This document shows positions 18,344 to 29,789 of a stretch of DNA of 64,000 nt, piece after piece. The notes under the pieces were generated by a model. The model searched no databases. It had not been told where the DNA came from and worked only from the letters and a program-made list of their open reading frames with translations. The DNA is from an uncultured delta proteobacterium (lineage in GTDB: Bacteria > Desulfobacterota > Binatia > Binatales > Binataceae). The position numbers and the translations under genes were made by a program. The stretch's first letter is position 1, and each line of letters starts with the position of its first letter. The stretch is taken from contig CAWJET010000001.1 of the NCBI GenBank assembly GCA_963842085.1, positions 2,304,001-2,368,000 on the forward strand, written 5' to 3'.

Positions 18344-19069
18344 ATGCTCGACGAAATCGAACGCAACATCTGGATCGCGAACGGGGCAAGCGTCCCGTTC
18401 TTCGGCTTCCCGTATCCGACACGCATGGTCGTCGTGCGGCTCGCGGACGGAAGCCTGTGGGTGTGGTCACCCATCGCGTTGAGCCTGCCGCTGGCCGACG
18501 CGGTCAACGCGCTGGGCCCCGTCCGTCATCTGGTGTCGCCGAACAAGATCCATCACCTTTTCCTGGGCGATTGGGCGCGGGCATGGCCCGACGCCAGGCT
18601 CTACGCCGCGCCCGGTCTGGTGCGCCGGCGCCGCGATTTAACCTTTGCTCGCGAGTTGGGTGATGTGCCCGATCCCGCGTGGGCGGCGGACATCGACCAG
18701 GTGATCTTCCACGGCAGCTTCATTATGGACGAGGTCGTCTTCTTTCACCGCAGCTCGCGCTCGGTCATTGTCGCCGACCTGGTGCAGAAGTTCGATCCGG
18801 CGACCGTGCACGGCTGGCGCGGCGCGGTCATGAGATTGGACGGGCTGGTCGGCCCGGACGGCAGCACTCCGCGGGAGTGGCGGCTGTCGTTCTGGAACCG
18901 CCGAGCCGCGCGAGCGGCGCTCGGCAAGGCGATTGCCTGGAACCCAGAGCGGATGATCATCGCCCACGGCGAGTGGGTACGCCACAACGGCCGCACGGCG
19001 CTGGCGCACTCCCTGCACTGGCTAGCCGATGACCACGACTACGCTCAGCATTCGATGCATCAGGGATAG
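18344..19069 (+). CDS. DUF4336 family (MBL-like fold) protein
   Basis: YPTRMVVVRLADGSLWVWSP, VSPNKIHHLFL, EVVFFH, IIAHG. Confidence 0.82.
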   Translation: MLDEIERNIWIANGASVPFFGFPYPTRMVVVRLADGSLWVWSPIALSLPLADAVNALGPVRHLVSPNKIHHLFLGDWARAWPDARLYAAPGLVRRRRDLTFARELGDVPDPAWAADIDQVIFHGSFIMDEVVFFHRSSRSVIVADLVQKFDPATVHGWRGAVMRLDGLVGPDGSTPREWRLSFWNRRAARAALGKAIAWNPERMIIAHGEWVRHNGRTALAHSLHWLADDHDYAQHSMHQG

Positions 19070-19106
19070 TGACACTCAGCCGCAAATCCGCACGCTCGAC
19101 GTTCAG

Positions 19107-20405
19107 CTAAGGTTCCAGCCGCTCCATCATCCGCGGGAACGGCACCGTCTCGCGAATGTGGTGGATGCCGCATAGCCAACCGGTCATGCGCTCGATGCCC
19201 ATGCCGAAGCCGGCGTGTGGGACTGAGCCGTAGCGGCGGAGGTCCAAGTACCATTCGAAGGGCGCCAGCGGCAGGCCGTGCGACATGATCTTTGTGCGCA
19301 GGGTTTCGTAGTCGTCCTCGCGCTGGCCGCCTCCGATGATTTCGCCGTGACCCTCGGGCGCGAGCATGTCGACGCATAGCGCGACGTCGGGACGCGCCGG
19401 GTCCTGCTTCATGTAGAACGCCTTGCACGCGGTGGGGTAGCGATGCACCATCACGGGGCGATCGAATTCCTCAGACAGTGCGGTTTCCTCGTCGCCGCCG
19501 AAGTCGTCGCCCCAGTTGACCGCGACGCCTTTGCGTTTCAGCCGTTCGATCGCCTCGTCGTAGCTGATGCGTGGATACGGGAGCTGCGCCGCGGATTGCA
19601 ACCTGGTCGTATCGCGCTCGAGCGTCTTGAGCTCGGCGCCGCGGCGCTCGAGCACGCGGCCGACGATATAAGACACGAACTGTTCGGCCAGTTCCATGTC
19701 GCCGTTGAGGTCGCAGTACGCGACTTCCGGCTCGACCATCCAGAACTCCGTCAGATGACGCCGCGTTTTGGATTTCTCGGCGCGAAAGGTCGGGCCGAAG
19801 CAGTAGACCTTGCCGAATGCGAGCGCGCCCGCCTCCGCGTAGAGCTGTCCGCTCTGCGTCAGGTACGCCTTGCGCTCGCCAAAGTAGTCGAGCTCGAACA
19901 GGTTGGTGGTTCCCTCGCATGAGGTCGGCGTCAGGATCGGCGCGTCGAACAGGACGAAGCCGCGCTCGTGGAAAAAATCGCGGCACGCCGCTTCCACTTC
20001 GCTGCGGATGCGGAGAATCGCGTGCTGGCGCGAGGAGCGGATCCACAGATGACGGTTGTCGAGCAGAAACGCGACGCCGTGATCCTTGGGCGTGATCGGA
20101 TAATCGCTCGCCGGCGACACGATCTCGAATGACTTCAGCGTGAGCTCGAATCCGCCCGGCGCGCGCTGGTCTTCGCGCACGATACCGGTCACTTCGAGCG
20201 AGGTTTCCTGCCCCATGTGATCGGCCGTCGCGAAACGGTCCGCGCCTAGATCGGCGAGCGACGCCACGCACTGGCAAACGCCGGTGCCGTCGCGCACCTG
20301 CAGAAAATGTATCTTGCCACTCGAGCGCTTGCCCGCGAGCCAGCCCTTGAGCGTGACTTCGTTTCCCGCATGATGCGACAGTTGTTCGATATAAACTCGC
20401 GCCAT
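19107..20405 (-). CDS. asnS: Asparagine--tRNA ligase
   Basis: [55 protein letters not shown]. Confidence 0.96.
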   Translation of the reverse strand: MARVYIEQLSHHAGNEVTLKGWLAGKRSSGKIHFLQVRDGTGVCQCVASLADLGADRFATADHMGQETSLEVTGIVREDQRAPGGFELTLKSFEIVSPASDYPITPKDHGVAFLLDNRHLWIRSSRQHAILRIRSEVEAACRDFFHERGFVLFDAPILTPTSCEGTTNLFELDYFGERKAYLTQSGQLYAEAGALAFGKVYCFGPTFRAEKSKTRRHLTEFWMVEPEVAYCDLNGDMELAEQFVSYIVGRVLERRGAELKTLERDTTRLQSAAQLPYPRISYDEAIERLKRKGVAVNWGDDFGGDEETALSEEFDRPVMVHRYPTACKAFYMKQDPARPDVALCVDMLAPEGHGEIIGGGQREDDYETLRTKIMSHGLPLAPFEWYLDLRRYGSVPHAGFGMGIERMTGWLCGIHHIRETVPFPRMMERLEP

Positions 20406-20501
20406 GTGCCCATTTAAGCATATCGCCGCGCAACTACAGGAGCGCGGACGCGTCGCGCGCGGTGCGTTCATCAGCTAGGCTCGTGAGTGGGAGAGGCGGG
20501 G

Positions 20502-21098
20502 ATGAACGGGCTGAACGGGCTCGACTACGCAGCGATCGCGCTGTTCGCGATTGGGGCAATCTACGGACTGCAAAGGGGCGCACTCAGGATGGTGACGTCG
20601 GTGGTGTCGCTGGCCGCGGCGGTCTACTTCGCGTCGCTTTACTACACCAGGGCCGGGGAGTTGGCGGAGACGCAGCTCGGATCCTCGCACACAGTCGGCG
20701 CGGTAGTCGGTTACATCGCGGTCTTTGCCTTGATCTTCACGGCCGTGGAAATTATCGGCTCTTCGGCGATCCGCCTGATGCATATCGTTCACCTGGGTCC
20801 GCTGGATCGATTAGCCGGCGGTCTGCTGGGCGCGGGAATCGCGGGGGTATTCGCGGGGCTGGCCGTGATGCTGCTGGCGGCCGCTTTACCGCCCAACGCC
20901 GCTCTGTTGCGCAACTCGCAACTGGTGCCGATGCTGCTCGGCTACAACGAGATGCTGGTGGGATACATCCCGGGCGACGCGAAACTCGAGTACGAGCGCA
21001 ATCGCGACGACCTGATGAAGTACTGGGTCCAGAATGCGGTTAAGAGCGCGAGCGCTCAGCCGTCGCCGGCAGCGCTGCCCTCGCCTTCAACGAAATGA
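20502..21098 (+). CDS. cvpA: CvpA family membrane protein
   Basis: LDY...GLQRG..., LDRLAGGLLG, SQLVP. Confidence 0.8.
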   Translation: MNGLNGLDYAAIALFAIGAIYGLQRGALRMVTSVVSLAAAVYFASLYYTRAGELAETQLGSSHTVGAVVGYIAVFALIFTAVEIIGSSAIRLMHIVHLGPLDRLAGGLLGAGIAGVFAGLAVMLLAAALPPNAALLRNSQLVPMLLGYNEMLVGYIPGDAKLEYERNRDDLMKYWVQNAVKSASAQPSPAALPSPSTK

Positions 21099-21127
21099 TC
21101 GGAAAATTTTGTGTTGGGCGATCGGGT

Positions 21128-21460
21128 TTACGCGATCGCGCTGTCCACGGCCTGTACCAGCCGGCCCTTGGGCACCGCGCCGATTATCTGTTCCTTGACC
21201 TGGCCGCCCTTGATGATGAGCAGGTTGGGGATGCCTCTGACGCCGTAACGTCCGGGAGTCTGCGGATTGTCGTCAACGTTGATCTTCGCAATTTTGAGCC
21301 GCCCGTCGTACTCGCCCGCAAGATCGTCGAGAATCGGCGCGATCGCACGGCATGGTCCGCACCACGGCGCCCAGAAATCGACCAAGACCGGAGTCGGTGA
21401 CTTGAGAACTTCCTGCTCGAAGCTCGCGTCGGTAACGTGAACGATTTTATCGCTGGACAT
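21128..21460 (-). CDS. trxA: Thioredoxin
   Basis: DFWAPWCGPC, GVRGIP. Confidence 0.96.
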   Translation of the reverse strand: MSSDKIVHVTDASFEQEVLKSPTPVLVDFWAPWCGPCRAIAPILDDLAGEYDGRLKIAKINVDDNPQTPGRYGVRGIPNLLIIKGGQVKEQIIGAVPKGRLVQAVDSAIA

Positions 21461-21581
21461 CGGAACTTAATCTCCTGTGCGCTCGGTCGCACTTGGAAAC
21501 ATAAGTACGGCCGGGTACCCAGTCAAGGCAGCGTGATTTGCACTTGATCCGCCTGTCGAATCCACTACGCTTGGGAACGCC

Positions 21582-21902
21582 ATGCCTGCGCCGATGATGA
21601 ACGACGTGTTGCCCGATCTGCTCGAGGAGATGGTTTACCTGCTCAAGCAGCAGGGCGCCGATCCGCTCGAATCCAAGCTGCGCGCGCTCCGGATCGAATC
21701 GGTCTGCGATTGCGGCGACGAGAATTGCGCGAGCTTCGCCACCGCCGCCGAAGTGAAGGTCGCCAACTACGTCGAGCTCCAATCGATGGAGGGTCAGGTC
21801 ATCATCGATCTCAATGCGAACGACGAGATCTGCTTCATCGAGGTGCTCGGCCGTCCCGATGTGAAGTACCTGCTCGAGGAATTTTACGACGCGCAGAGCT
21901 GA
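21582..21902 (+). CDS. Hypothetical acidic protein with CxCxxxxC motif
   Basis: VCDCGDENCASF; host-like codon usage. Confidence 0.7.
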   Translation: MPAPMMNDVLPDLLEEMVYLLKQQGADPLESKLRALRIESVCDCGDENCASFATAAEVKVANYVELQSMEGQVIIDLNANDEICFIEVLGRPDVKYLLEEFYDAQS

Positions 21903-21929
21903 CCCCCGAGCGGCGCGCGCCGCGCAACT

Positions 21930-22763
21930 CTAGCCCGCCGCGCGCTTCTGCGGCGCGATGCGAAACCGCTCGACGAATTCCGCAACCTCGCCCACGACGC
22001 GCTCTTTCTCGCTGTCGACGGTGATCACGTGGTAGCTCTCGTCGAGCTCGATCGCGCGCTTCTCGGCACTGCCAAGGTGCTTCATCACGTAGTCGACGTT
22101 TTTCCGCATCGGGCAGGTGTGATCGCGCCTGGCATGCATCACCAGCGCGGGCTGCGTGATCCGCGCCAGCATCGGCTTCACCAGCGCCGACAAATCCAGC
22201 AGCTTCATCGGCGCCGACAAGGGCATCAGGCGGCAGTTGGGATGCACCGAGCGCGCGGCCGCGTCGTGGATATCCGACCCGCCCGAGTTGAGCAGATAGA
22301 TCTTTTCAACGATCGAGCCGAGCACCCCGCGCAGTCCCCGCAGCGCGACGGTTGTTGCCCTCGGCAGAAAAAACGCCGGCGCCAGCATCGCGAGTCCCGC
22401 GACCGACTCGCCCTGGTCGGCCGCCAGCCGCGCCGCCAGCACCGCTCCCGTCGACAACCCGATCACCACGTTGGGCTCGCCGTATTGCCGCAACTCCTCC
22501 AGGCCGTTGACGACGCTTTCGTACCAGTTGTCGTAGCCGGCCTCGCCCAATTCCTCGGGCGTTCCCGCGTGACCCGCCAGCCTGACGCCGCGCACGCGCA
22601 CGCCGCGGGCAGCCAGCCGCTCGCCGAGGTAGCGCATCTCGTACGGAGTTCCAGTCAGGCCGTGTATCAGCAGCGCGCTCACGCCTGCGCCTGGAACGAA
22701 GAACTCGTTGGTGTCCACGCCGGCTGAGTGGCCGGATGGAGGTTCGTCGGAATCGGAATTCAT
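21930..22763 (-). CDS. Carboxylesterase/monoacylglycerol lipase (alpha/beta hydrolase)
   Basis: IHGLTG, GLSTG, DHT, SYHVIT. Confidence 0.87.
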   Translation of the reverse strand: MNSDSDEPPSGHSAGVDTNEFFVPGAGVSALLIHGLTGTPYEMRYLGERLAARGVRVRGVRLAGHAGTPEELGEAGYDNWYESVVNGLEELRQYGEPNVVIGLSTGAVLAARLAADQGESVAGLAMLAPAFFLPRATTVALRGLRGVLGSIVEKIYLLNSGGSDIHDAAARSVHPNCRLMPLSAPMKLLDLSALVKPMLARITQPALVMHARRDHTCPMRKNVDYVMKHLGSAEKRAIELDESYHVITVDSEKERVVGEVAEFVERFRIAPQKRAAG

Positions 22764-22796
22764 TCTTGCGGTGCCGCGCGCGTCGGGCACGCTCCT

Positions 22797-24713
22797 CTAG
22801 GTTGACGACTCGCTCGCCGCGAGCTGGTCGCTGTCGATTTGTATTTTTGCCCGATCCTTGAGTTGATCGAGGAACTGCGTCCATGCCTGCGCGCGGCGCT
22901 GCTCGACGTATTCTTGCATGAACGATTTCTGCGCGCTCTTCCATTCGTCGTCGGTCGGCTCGGTGCGCGAAGTGACTTCGAACAAGTACGAATTGCCGCC
23001 GTTCTCCATCACGCGATCGATCACACCTGGAATTACGGGCACCACCGCGGCGGCGTCGGTCACCTCGGGAAACTCGCCGATGCCGGGAACTCGATGATCC
23101 GCGCGCAGGAACGGATCGACATTCTGGATTGCGAGCTTGTTCGCCGCGGCCGCTTTGTCAAAATCGGCCGGGCTCTTGATCGTGGCGAGTATCTTATCCG
23201 CCTGCCGGCTCGCATCGGCTTCGGCCGTGGCGCGAATCAGGGCCTCGCGCACCTGCGGTTCGATTTCCTTTAGCGCGGGGATTCGCGACGGCTGGCGCAC
23301 CAGCAGCTTGATCACGTACGGCGCGCCCTTCTCCGGCACCAGCGCCACCTGGCCCACGTCGAGCTTGAATGCCGCCTGCATCAGATCGCGGTCCTGCTCG
23401 GCACCGCCGGCGGGTTCGCCCTGCGCGAACAGCGGCGTCTCGACCGCGTCGATTCCGCGCTTCTTCGCCAGGTCCTCCAGCTTGGCGCCACCCAGCGCCG
23501 CCGCCAGGTCCTCTTGCGCCGCCGCGCGCCCGAGCTTCGCGCCCGCCTGCGTGCGCAGCTCCTCGATTATCTTGGGCTTCGCCTCGGCCAGGGTGTCGGT
23601 ATGCGCGGGCTTGATCTGCTCGAGCTTGACGATATGAAAGCCGAAGCGCGTCTCGACCATCGCGATCTGCCCCGGCTTCATCGCAAACACCGCGTCCTCG
23701 AACGGCTTGATCATCTGGCCGCGCCCAAACGTGCCGAGGTCGCCGCCTTCGAGCTTGTTGGAGGGATCGTCCGAATACTTCGCCGCCAGCTTGGCGAAGT
23801 CGCCCCCCGCTTGCGCCTGCTTGAGTACCTCGAGCGCCCTGGCTTTGGCCGCCGCCTTCTCCTTGTCGGTCGCGCCGGCGGGCACCGCGATCAGGATGTG
23901 CCGCGCGTGAACCTCGTCGGGATGGGTGAAGCGCTCCTTGACGTTGCGCTTATAGTAGTCCTCGACTTCCTTGTCGGTCGGCGTGTAATTCGCGGCCAGC
24001 ACCAGCGGTTCGTAGTGGACGTAGGCCAGTTTGATCCGCTCGGGCTCGCGGAACTGCTCCGTGTTCTTCTTGTAATAGTCTGCGATCTGACTCTCGGTCG
24101 GCGAGATCTTTGCGGTGAAGTCGCTGTAGGCCAGCTCGACGTAGCGCAATCCGATCTTTTCGTTGGCCAGGTTGTAGGCGTGGCGCGCCTCGTCGTCGCT
24201 CACCTGCACGCCGGTGTCGATCATGTTGCGCAGCGTGTCGGCGATCATCTGATCGCGCTCGGCGGTTTCGTACTCGGCCGGCAACAGGTTGTTGTCGCGC
24301 AGCACGTCCTGATAGGTCTGTAAATCGAACTGGCCGTCGCGCTGAAAGACCGGCTCCTTGGCGATTTTATCCTGCAGCGCTGCGTCGCTGATGCTGATGC
24401 CGAGATGGCGTGCTTCTTCGCCGATCAGTTGCTGCTCGATCAGCCGCTCGACGGCTTCCTGGCGAATATTGATGGACTTGAGCACGGAGGGCGCCGCGGC
24501 GCCGTACATCTGTTGCACGGCCTGACGGAGGTTGGTGGCTTCGCGATCGACCTGATCGCCGAGTATCTGCCGGCCATCGACGGTCGCGACGGGATGAACG
24601 GTGCTGAACAGGCCACCGCCCCCGAAACCCCAGAACGCCATGGTAATCGCCAGGAAGGCAAAGGTAACTTGTACTTGCCACGAGTACTGGTAACGGCGGA
24701 TTCCTTCCAGCAT
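22797..24713 (-). CDS. ppiD: PpiD/SurA-like peptidyl-prolyl isomerase
   Basis: N-terminal TM, SurA_N domain, parvulin HARHILI...GGDLG..FEDAVF..ETRFGFHIVK. Confidence 0.88.
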   Translation of the reverse strand: MLEGIRRYQYSWQVQVTFAFLAITMAFWGFGGGGLFSTVHPVATVDGRQILGDQVDREATNLRQAVQQMYGAAAPSVLKSINIRQEAVERLIEQQLIGEEARHLGISISDAALQDKIAKEPVFQRDGQFDLQTYQDVLRDNNLLPAEYETAERDQMIADTLRNMIDTGVQVSDDEARHAYNLANEKIGLRYVELAYSDFTAKISPTESQIADYYKKNTEQFREPERIKLAYVHYEPLVLAANYTPTDKEVEDYYKRNVKERFTHPDEVHARHILIAVPAGATDKEKAAAKARALEVLKQAQAGGDFAKLAAKYSDDPSNKLEGGDLGTFGRGQMIKPFEDAVFAMKPGQIAMVETRFGFHIVKLEQIKPAHTDTLAEAKPKIIEELRTQAGAKLGRAAAQEDLAAALGGAKLEDLAKKRGIDAVETPLFAQGEPAGGAEQDRDLMQAAFKLDVGQVALVPEKGAPYVIKLLVRQPSRIPALKEIEPQVREALIRATAEADASRQADKILATIKSPADFDKAAAANKLAIQNVDPFLRADHRVPGIGEFPEVTDAAAVVPVIPGVIDRVMENGGNSYLFEVTSRTEPTDDEWKSAQKSFMQEYVEQRRAQAWTQFLDQLKDRAKIQIDSDQLAASESST

Positions 24714-24913
24714 TGAATCCTCATCATACTTTACCGCCTTTTCCGTGCGCAATTGCGCCCGGTTGCTTGCCTGCGCCGCCGGTCCTTGTTAGCGTGTCGC
24801 GCAGCGGTTAAGTTTGACGGACCCAAACGTCTCCGCCGAAGAATTCTTCAACATTTGGGCCGCGTCTTGGGGTGGTATTCGGGCCGGGGCTTGGCACCGG
24901 CATCCAGGCCTGA

Positions 24914-25978
<1,065 letters not shown>

Positions 25979-26032
25979 GCGACGCGCGGCATATCTGCTG
26001 AAGCTTGAGCCCGCGCGTCGGGCTGTGTTGAC

Positions 26033-26881
26033 GTGAGAAGCAGCTTTCTCTGGCGCAACCGCGTGCTGCTGACCAGCGGCGCGCTGCTTATTCTGTCGCT
26101 TCATCTGATCTCGACCGGAGTCCATCCCGGCGACCTCGCCGCCGGTCCCGAGTCCGCATTCCTGGAAGTCATCAGCCCGGTCGATGCCGCATTCACACGC
26201 CTGGGCGACGGCGCTTCATCGATCGTGAGCGACTACCTGGACCTGCTGCGCGTGCGCGAGGAGAACGGCCACCTGCGTGACGAGCTGGCGCGGGTCAAGA
26301 GCGATCAGGCGCGCCTGGCCGAGCTCGAAGCTGAAAATCAGCACCTCGGCGAGTTGCTCGAACTCAAGGACGCGCTCGGCGCCAAGGCGGTGGCAGCCAA
26401 CGTGATCGGCAGCGACGCCACCGGGCTTTCACGCACCCTGATTCTGGCTTCGGGCACCAGCGACGGACTTCGTCCCGGCATGGCCGTGCTCGCCAATCAG
26501 GGCGTGGTCGGCAAGATCATCGCCGTCAGTCTGCACGCCTCGCGCGTGCTGTTGATCGACGACCACAACTCCGCGCTCGACGGTTTCGATCAACGCACCC
26601 GTGCGCGCGGAATCGTCGCCGGGCTGGTCGATGACGGATTGATCCTGAAGTACGCGGATCGCTCGCAGGACATCCGCGCCGGCGACACGGTGGTGACCTC
26701 GGGGCTCGACGGAATTTTTCCGCGCGGGCTGCTGGTCGGAACCGTCCAGAGCGTGCGCCGCGAAGGGCCGGGCCTGTTCCTCGGCGTCAGGATCACGCCG
26801 GCGGTTGATTTTCGCGAACTCGAGCAGGTGCTGATCTTGACCCAGCCGCCGCCTCACCTCGACGACCAGGCCAGGGACTGA
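26033..26881 (+). CDS. mreC: Rod shape-determining protein MreC
   Basis: TM plus coiled coil, TSGLDGIFPRG; synteny. Confidence 0.94.
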   Translation: MRSSFLWRNRVLLTSGALLILSLHLISTGVHPGDLAAGPESAFLEVISPVDAAFTRLGDGASSIVSDYLDLLRVREENGHLRDELARVKSDQARLAELEAENQHLGELLELKDALGAKAVAANVIGSDATGLSRTLILASGTSDGLRPGMAVLANQGVVGKIIAVSLHASRVLLIDDHNSALDGFDQRTRARGIVAGLVDDGLILKYADRSQDIRAGDTVVTSGLDGIFPRGLLVGTVQSVRREGPGLFLGVRITPAVDFRELEQVLILTQPPPHLDDQARD

Positions 26882-26886
26882 CCCGG

Positions 26887-27402
26887 TTGCGCCTCATCCT
26901 GCTGTTTGCGGCGTTCGCGGTGCTGGGATTGGCGTTTGAATCCGCGGTCCCGCACCTGGTCACGTTTCGCGCGCTCATTCCGAACCTGATCATTATACTG
27001 GCGGTCGATCTCGGCTTGCGTCATCACGGCGTCCTGCCCGCGATTCTGGCGTTCGCGATGGGCTACGCGACCGACGCCCTGGCCGGCTCGCATCCCGGCC
27101 TCAACGCCTTCATGATGACAACGGTTTTCCTGGTGAGCTACGAGATTTCGACGCGCCTGATGGTGACCAACGCGTTCGTCGGCGCGACGGTGGTGTTCTT
27201 GAGCGTGATCGCGACGGCGCTCGCCACGGTTGCCATCGCCAACGGATTCAAAGCACTTTCCGACACCGGCGCGATGCTCCCGGGACTGGCGCTCCAGGCA
27301 CTCATCTCAGCAATCGTGGCGCCGTTCATCTTCGCGATGCTGGCGGCGAGCAAGCGGCTGACGGGATTGCCTGACCGCGCCGCCCGCGACAGCCGCGCCT
27401 GA
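26887..27402 (+). CDS. mreD: Rod shape-determining protein MreD
   Basis: Hydrophobic multi-TM protein following mreC. Confidence 0.88.
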   Translation: MRLILLFAAFAVLGLAFESAVPHLVTFRALIPNLIIILAVDLGLRHHGVLPAILAFAMGYATDALAGSHPGLNAFMMTTVFLVSYEISTRLMVTNAFVGATVVFLSVIATALATVAIANGFKALSDTGAMLPGLALQALISAIVAPFIFAMLAASKRLTGLPDRAARDSRA

Positions 27403-27504
27403 GAGGTGATTGATTCTGCTCAGTAGCTCACGGGAAGGGAATGCTCAATCGCGCGCAGGAAAAGTCCTACACTCTATACGATTCTCACTTTAGTCTTCGC
27501 TATC

Positions 27505-27778
27505 ATGCTTACTGAACAGTATACGAATCAGCTTATTGGACCATCGAAAAAGCAGCGCGAGAGAGATTCCTACGAAAAGGCAATCTCAATTTAGCTTGAC
27601 CTTCAATCTACGGAGCAATTCATACGAATCGATATACGGTACTTTGAACTGGTCGCATACGTTTGGGACTTTAGCGACCAGAGAATTCGCAGCGACCTTA
27701 ACCTCCTGAGTAACTACCGTTCCTTCGTCCACTAGCTATTTCTCCACGACCCTCAGGCAAGGTTCGACCAGCTAATGT
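27505..27778 (+). pseudogene. Possible degraded low-GC ORF
   Basis: Frame from ATG 27505 interrupted by TAG at 27592 and 27733. Confidence 0.3.
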
Positions 27779-29074
27779 CTAGTAGCACATCCAGAAACAA
27801 TGTGTCCCGCAGCAGTTCTTGCCGGAGGCTACTCCACTGTCTTTAAAGCATGGAGCTTCACTGGATCGAATTGCTTTGAGACTGGTCAAGGTAGCCTCAG
27901 TCAAAGCGGTGCTGCCCAGATCCGCATATGCCCAATTGACATCCGCCAAAGTAGCCCCGTTCAATTGCACCCGCACTAAGTTCGTAGCGCACAACTTAGC
28001 ATTCGTCAGATTTGTGTTGGTGAGATCTGCGCCGCTCAGGTCGGCCCCTTGCAGTTGGGCTCCTTTAGCGGACGCTGATTTCACTGTGGCGCCGCTGAGG
28101 ATCGATGACACCAGGTAAGCACCGTCGAGATTTGAATTGCTGAGGTTCGCGCCTTCCAAATTAGCATTCCACAGCATCGCACCCGATAGATCGAGGGAGG
28201 ACAGGTTGTGAGAGTGCAAATCAGCATTAGTTAGATTTAATGAGAACTTCGGCAAAAGGCCCGGAAAGAGTAATGCGATTGCTGCAACAATAAATGCGCT
28301 TAATGTTACAACTACGAAGCTGCATCGATAGGTCACCTCCGTCCACTTCCACTCGTGTGCGTGCGGTTCAACCACGCGCCGTCCGATAAGAACGTCAAAG
28401 AGAATAGTCGCAGCCATGCTTATTGGAATGACGCATGAAGCGGGCGAAAGGGAATGCCGAGGCCCCTTGATCAGCGACGAAGCGAAACCGACCAGGCCGT
28501 AGCGTAGCGAAGGCGTCTGCGGTACCTTTAAGGCTTCGTAACAGAAAAACAAGAGGGTCAAGGGACCTATCAGATAGAGGACGAACACGCTCGTCACCGA
28601 GGCCAGTCTTGTGGGAAGATTGAAGATCAACGGCGGTTTCGACATTGGCGGCACCTCGATTCTCGCGCGAACGGCTTGCTGGGTCTCAACTCTGAGCAAA
28701 TGCCACCAGTGTCCAACGTATATGTGTACGTATAACAGCAAGACTGCAAGTGTGAGGGGTGCAATTATGAGAAAAACCTGAAAGGATACGAGACCTTGAA
28801 GGAAGGGTAGCTGGATCGATGGGTCTGCGGACAGCAGCTTGGTGTCAGGTGCCGATAAGGCTAAGGCACAAAAGAGACAGAAGCTAACGAGCACCAATAC
28901 CGTACTGTTGATTATATCAGACGTCTTTTCAAATTGGTCCTTCAGGTCTTCGCGAGAGAGGGTTAGAACCTCTTGTGGGAGCGGCTCCGGTTGCAGAACC
29001 TGACTGAATTTCGAACTAAGACGATTCAGTGTGAGCATTGTGCGACCGGAGACCACTGTGGCCTTGTCACTCAT
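27779..29074 (-). CDS. Membrane protein with C-terminal pentapeptide repeats
   Basis: Several TM segments, then A(D/N)Lxx repeats (ANLEGANLSNSNLDGAYL...), Cys-rich tail; lower GC. Confidence 0.85.
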   Translation of the reverse strand: MSDKATVVSGRTMLTLNRLSSKFSQVLQPEPLPQEVLTLSREDLKDQFEKTSDIINSTVLVLVSFCLFCALALSAPDTKLLSADPSIQLPFLQGLVSFQVFLIIAPLTLAVLLLYVHIYVGHWWHLLRVETQQAVRARIEVPPMSKPPLIFNLPTRLASVTSVFVLYLIGPLTLLFFCYEALKVPQTPSLRYGLVGFASSLIKGPRHSLSPASCVIPISMAATILFDVLIGRRVVEPHAHEWKWTEVTYRCSFVVVTLSAFIVAAIALLFPGLLPKFSLNLTNADLHSHNLSSLDLSGAMLWNANLEGANLSNSNLDGAYLVSSILSGATVKSASAKGAQLQGADLSGADLTNTNLTNAKLCATNLVRVQLNGATLADVNWAYADLGSTALTEATLTSLKAIRSSEAPCFKDSGVASGKNCCGTHCFWMCY

Positions 29075-29189
29075 TTTCTATCAGACTGCAGTGCGACCGA
29101 CAAATGGCGCTGGACCGACGCGATTGCGCGCGGCCTCGCTACCCGGGCACGATTGGCGTGATGCCGCGCTTCGGGGAGCGCCGCGGGCG

Positions 29190-29369
29190 CTATTCGTGCT
29201 TACGATCGCAAATCTCAAGCGCGCGAGAATGCTCGCGCTCGATGACGATATGGCGGTGCTGCGCGCACAATTCGATCTGCCGAACGTGTCGGCCAGCGGC
29301 GTCCATCTTCTCGGCGATCAGGCTGGCGCACTCACTCAGTAGATGACGCACACTTCGTCGCTAGAGCAT
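29190..29369 (-). pseudogene. Possible remnant of a small gene
   Basis: ML*RRSVRHLLSECASLIAEKMDAAGRHVRQIELCAQH...CDRKHE*, with an in-frame TAG at codon 3. Confidence 0.3.
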
Positions 29370-29789
29370 GAGCTGTAACCCACGGGTCAGCCTTAGCAAG
29401 AAAAATGTCTGCCCGAGGTTTTGGGTATTTCCTCAGAACATAGTCACTGCTTTCGGCGACCGCCGCCTGTTCCTTTTTTTCGTACTTCTATGAATAAAAG
29501 CGGAGATACGGCCAAGTCGTTGCAAGGCCAGTGTGCTGGGTTCGAGTAAACCGAGAAGTGCTCCCCAGGCGCCCTTTCCGAGGAACCCAACCCCGGCCTT
29601 TTCCCGCGCGTGAACGGGAGCAAAAATTCCTCCCGCGGCGGCCCTTGCGCAGGGAGAGGCTGAAGCAGCCGGGATTCTCCGTCAGGAGCGATGGCGCTGC
29701 GCCACTCGCATCGGGGCATCGCCGCGACTACACTGATTCCATACAAAATGGATATCCCTGATAAGTCGTAGGGTCGGGAACCCATTTAA

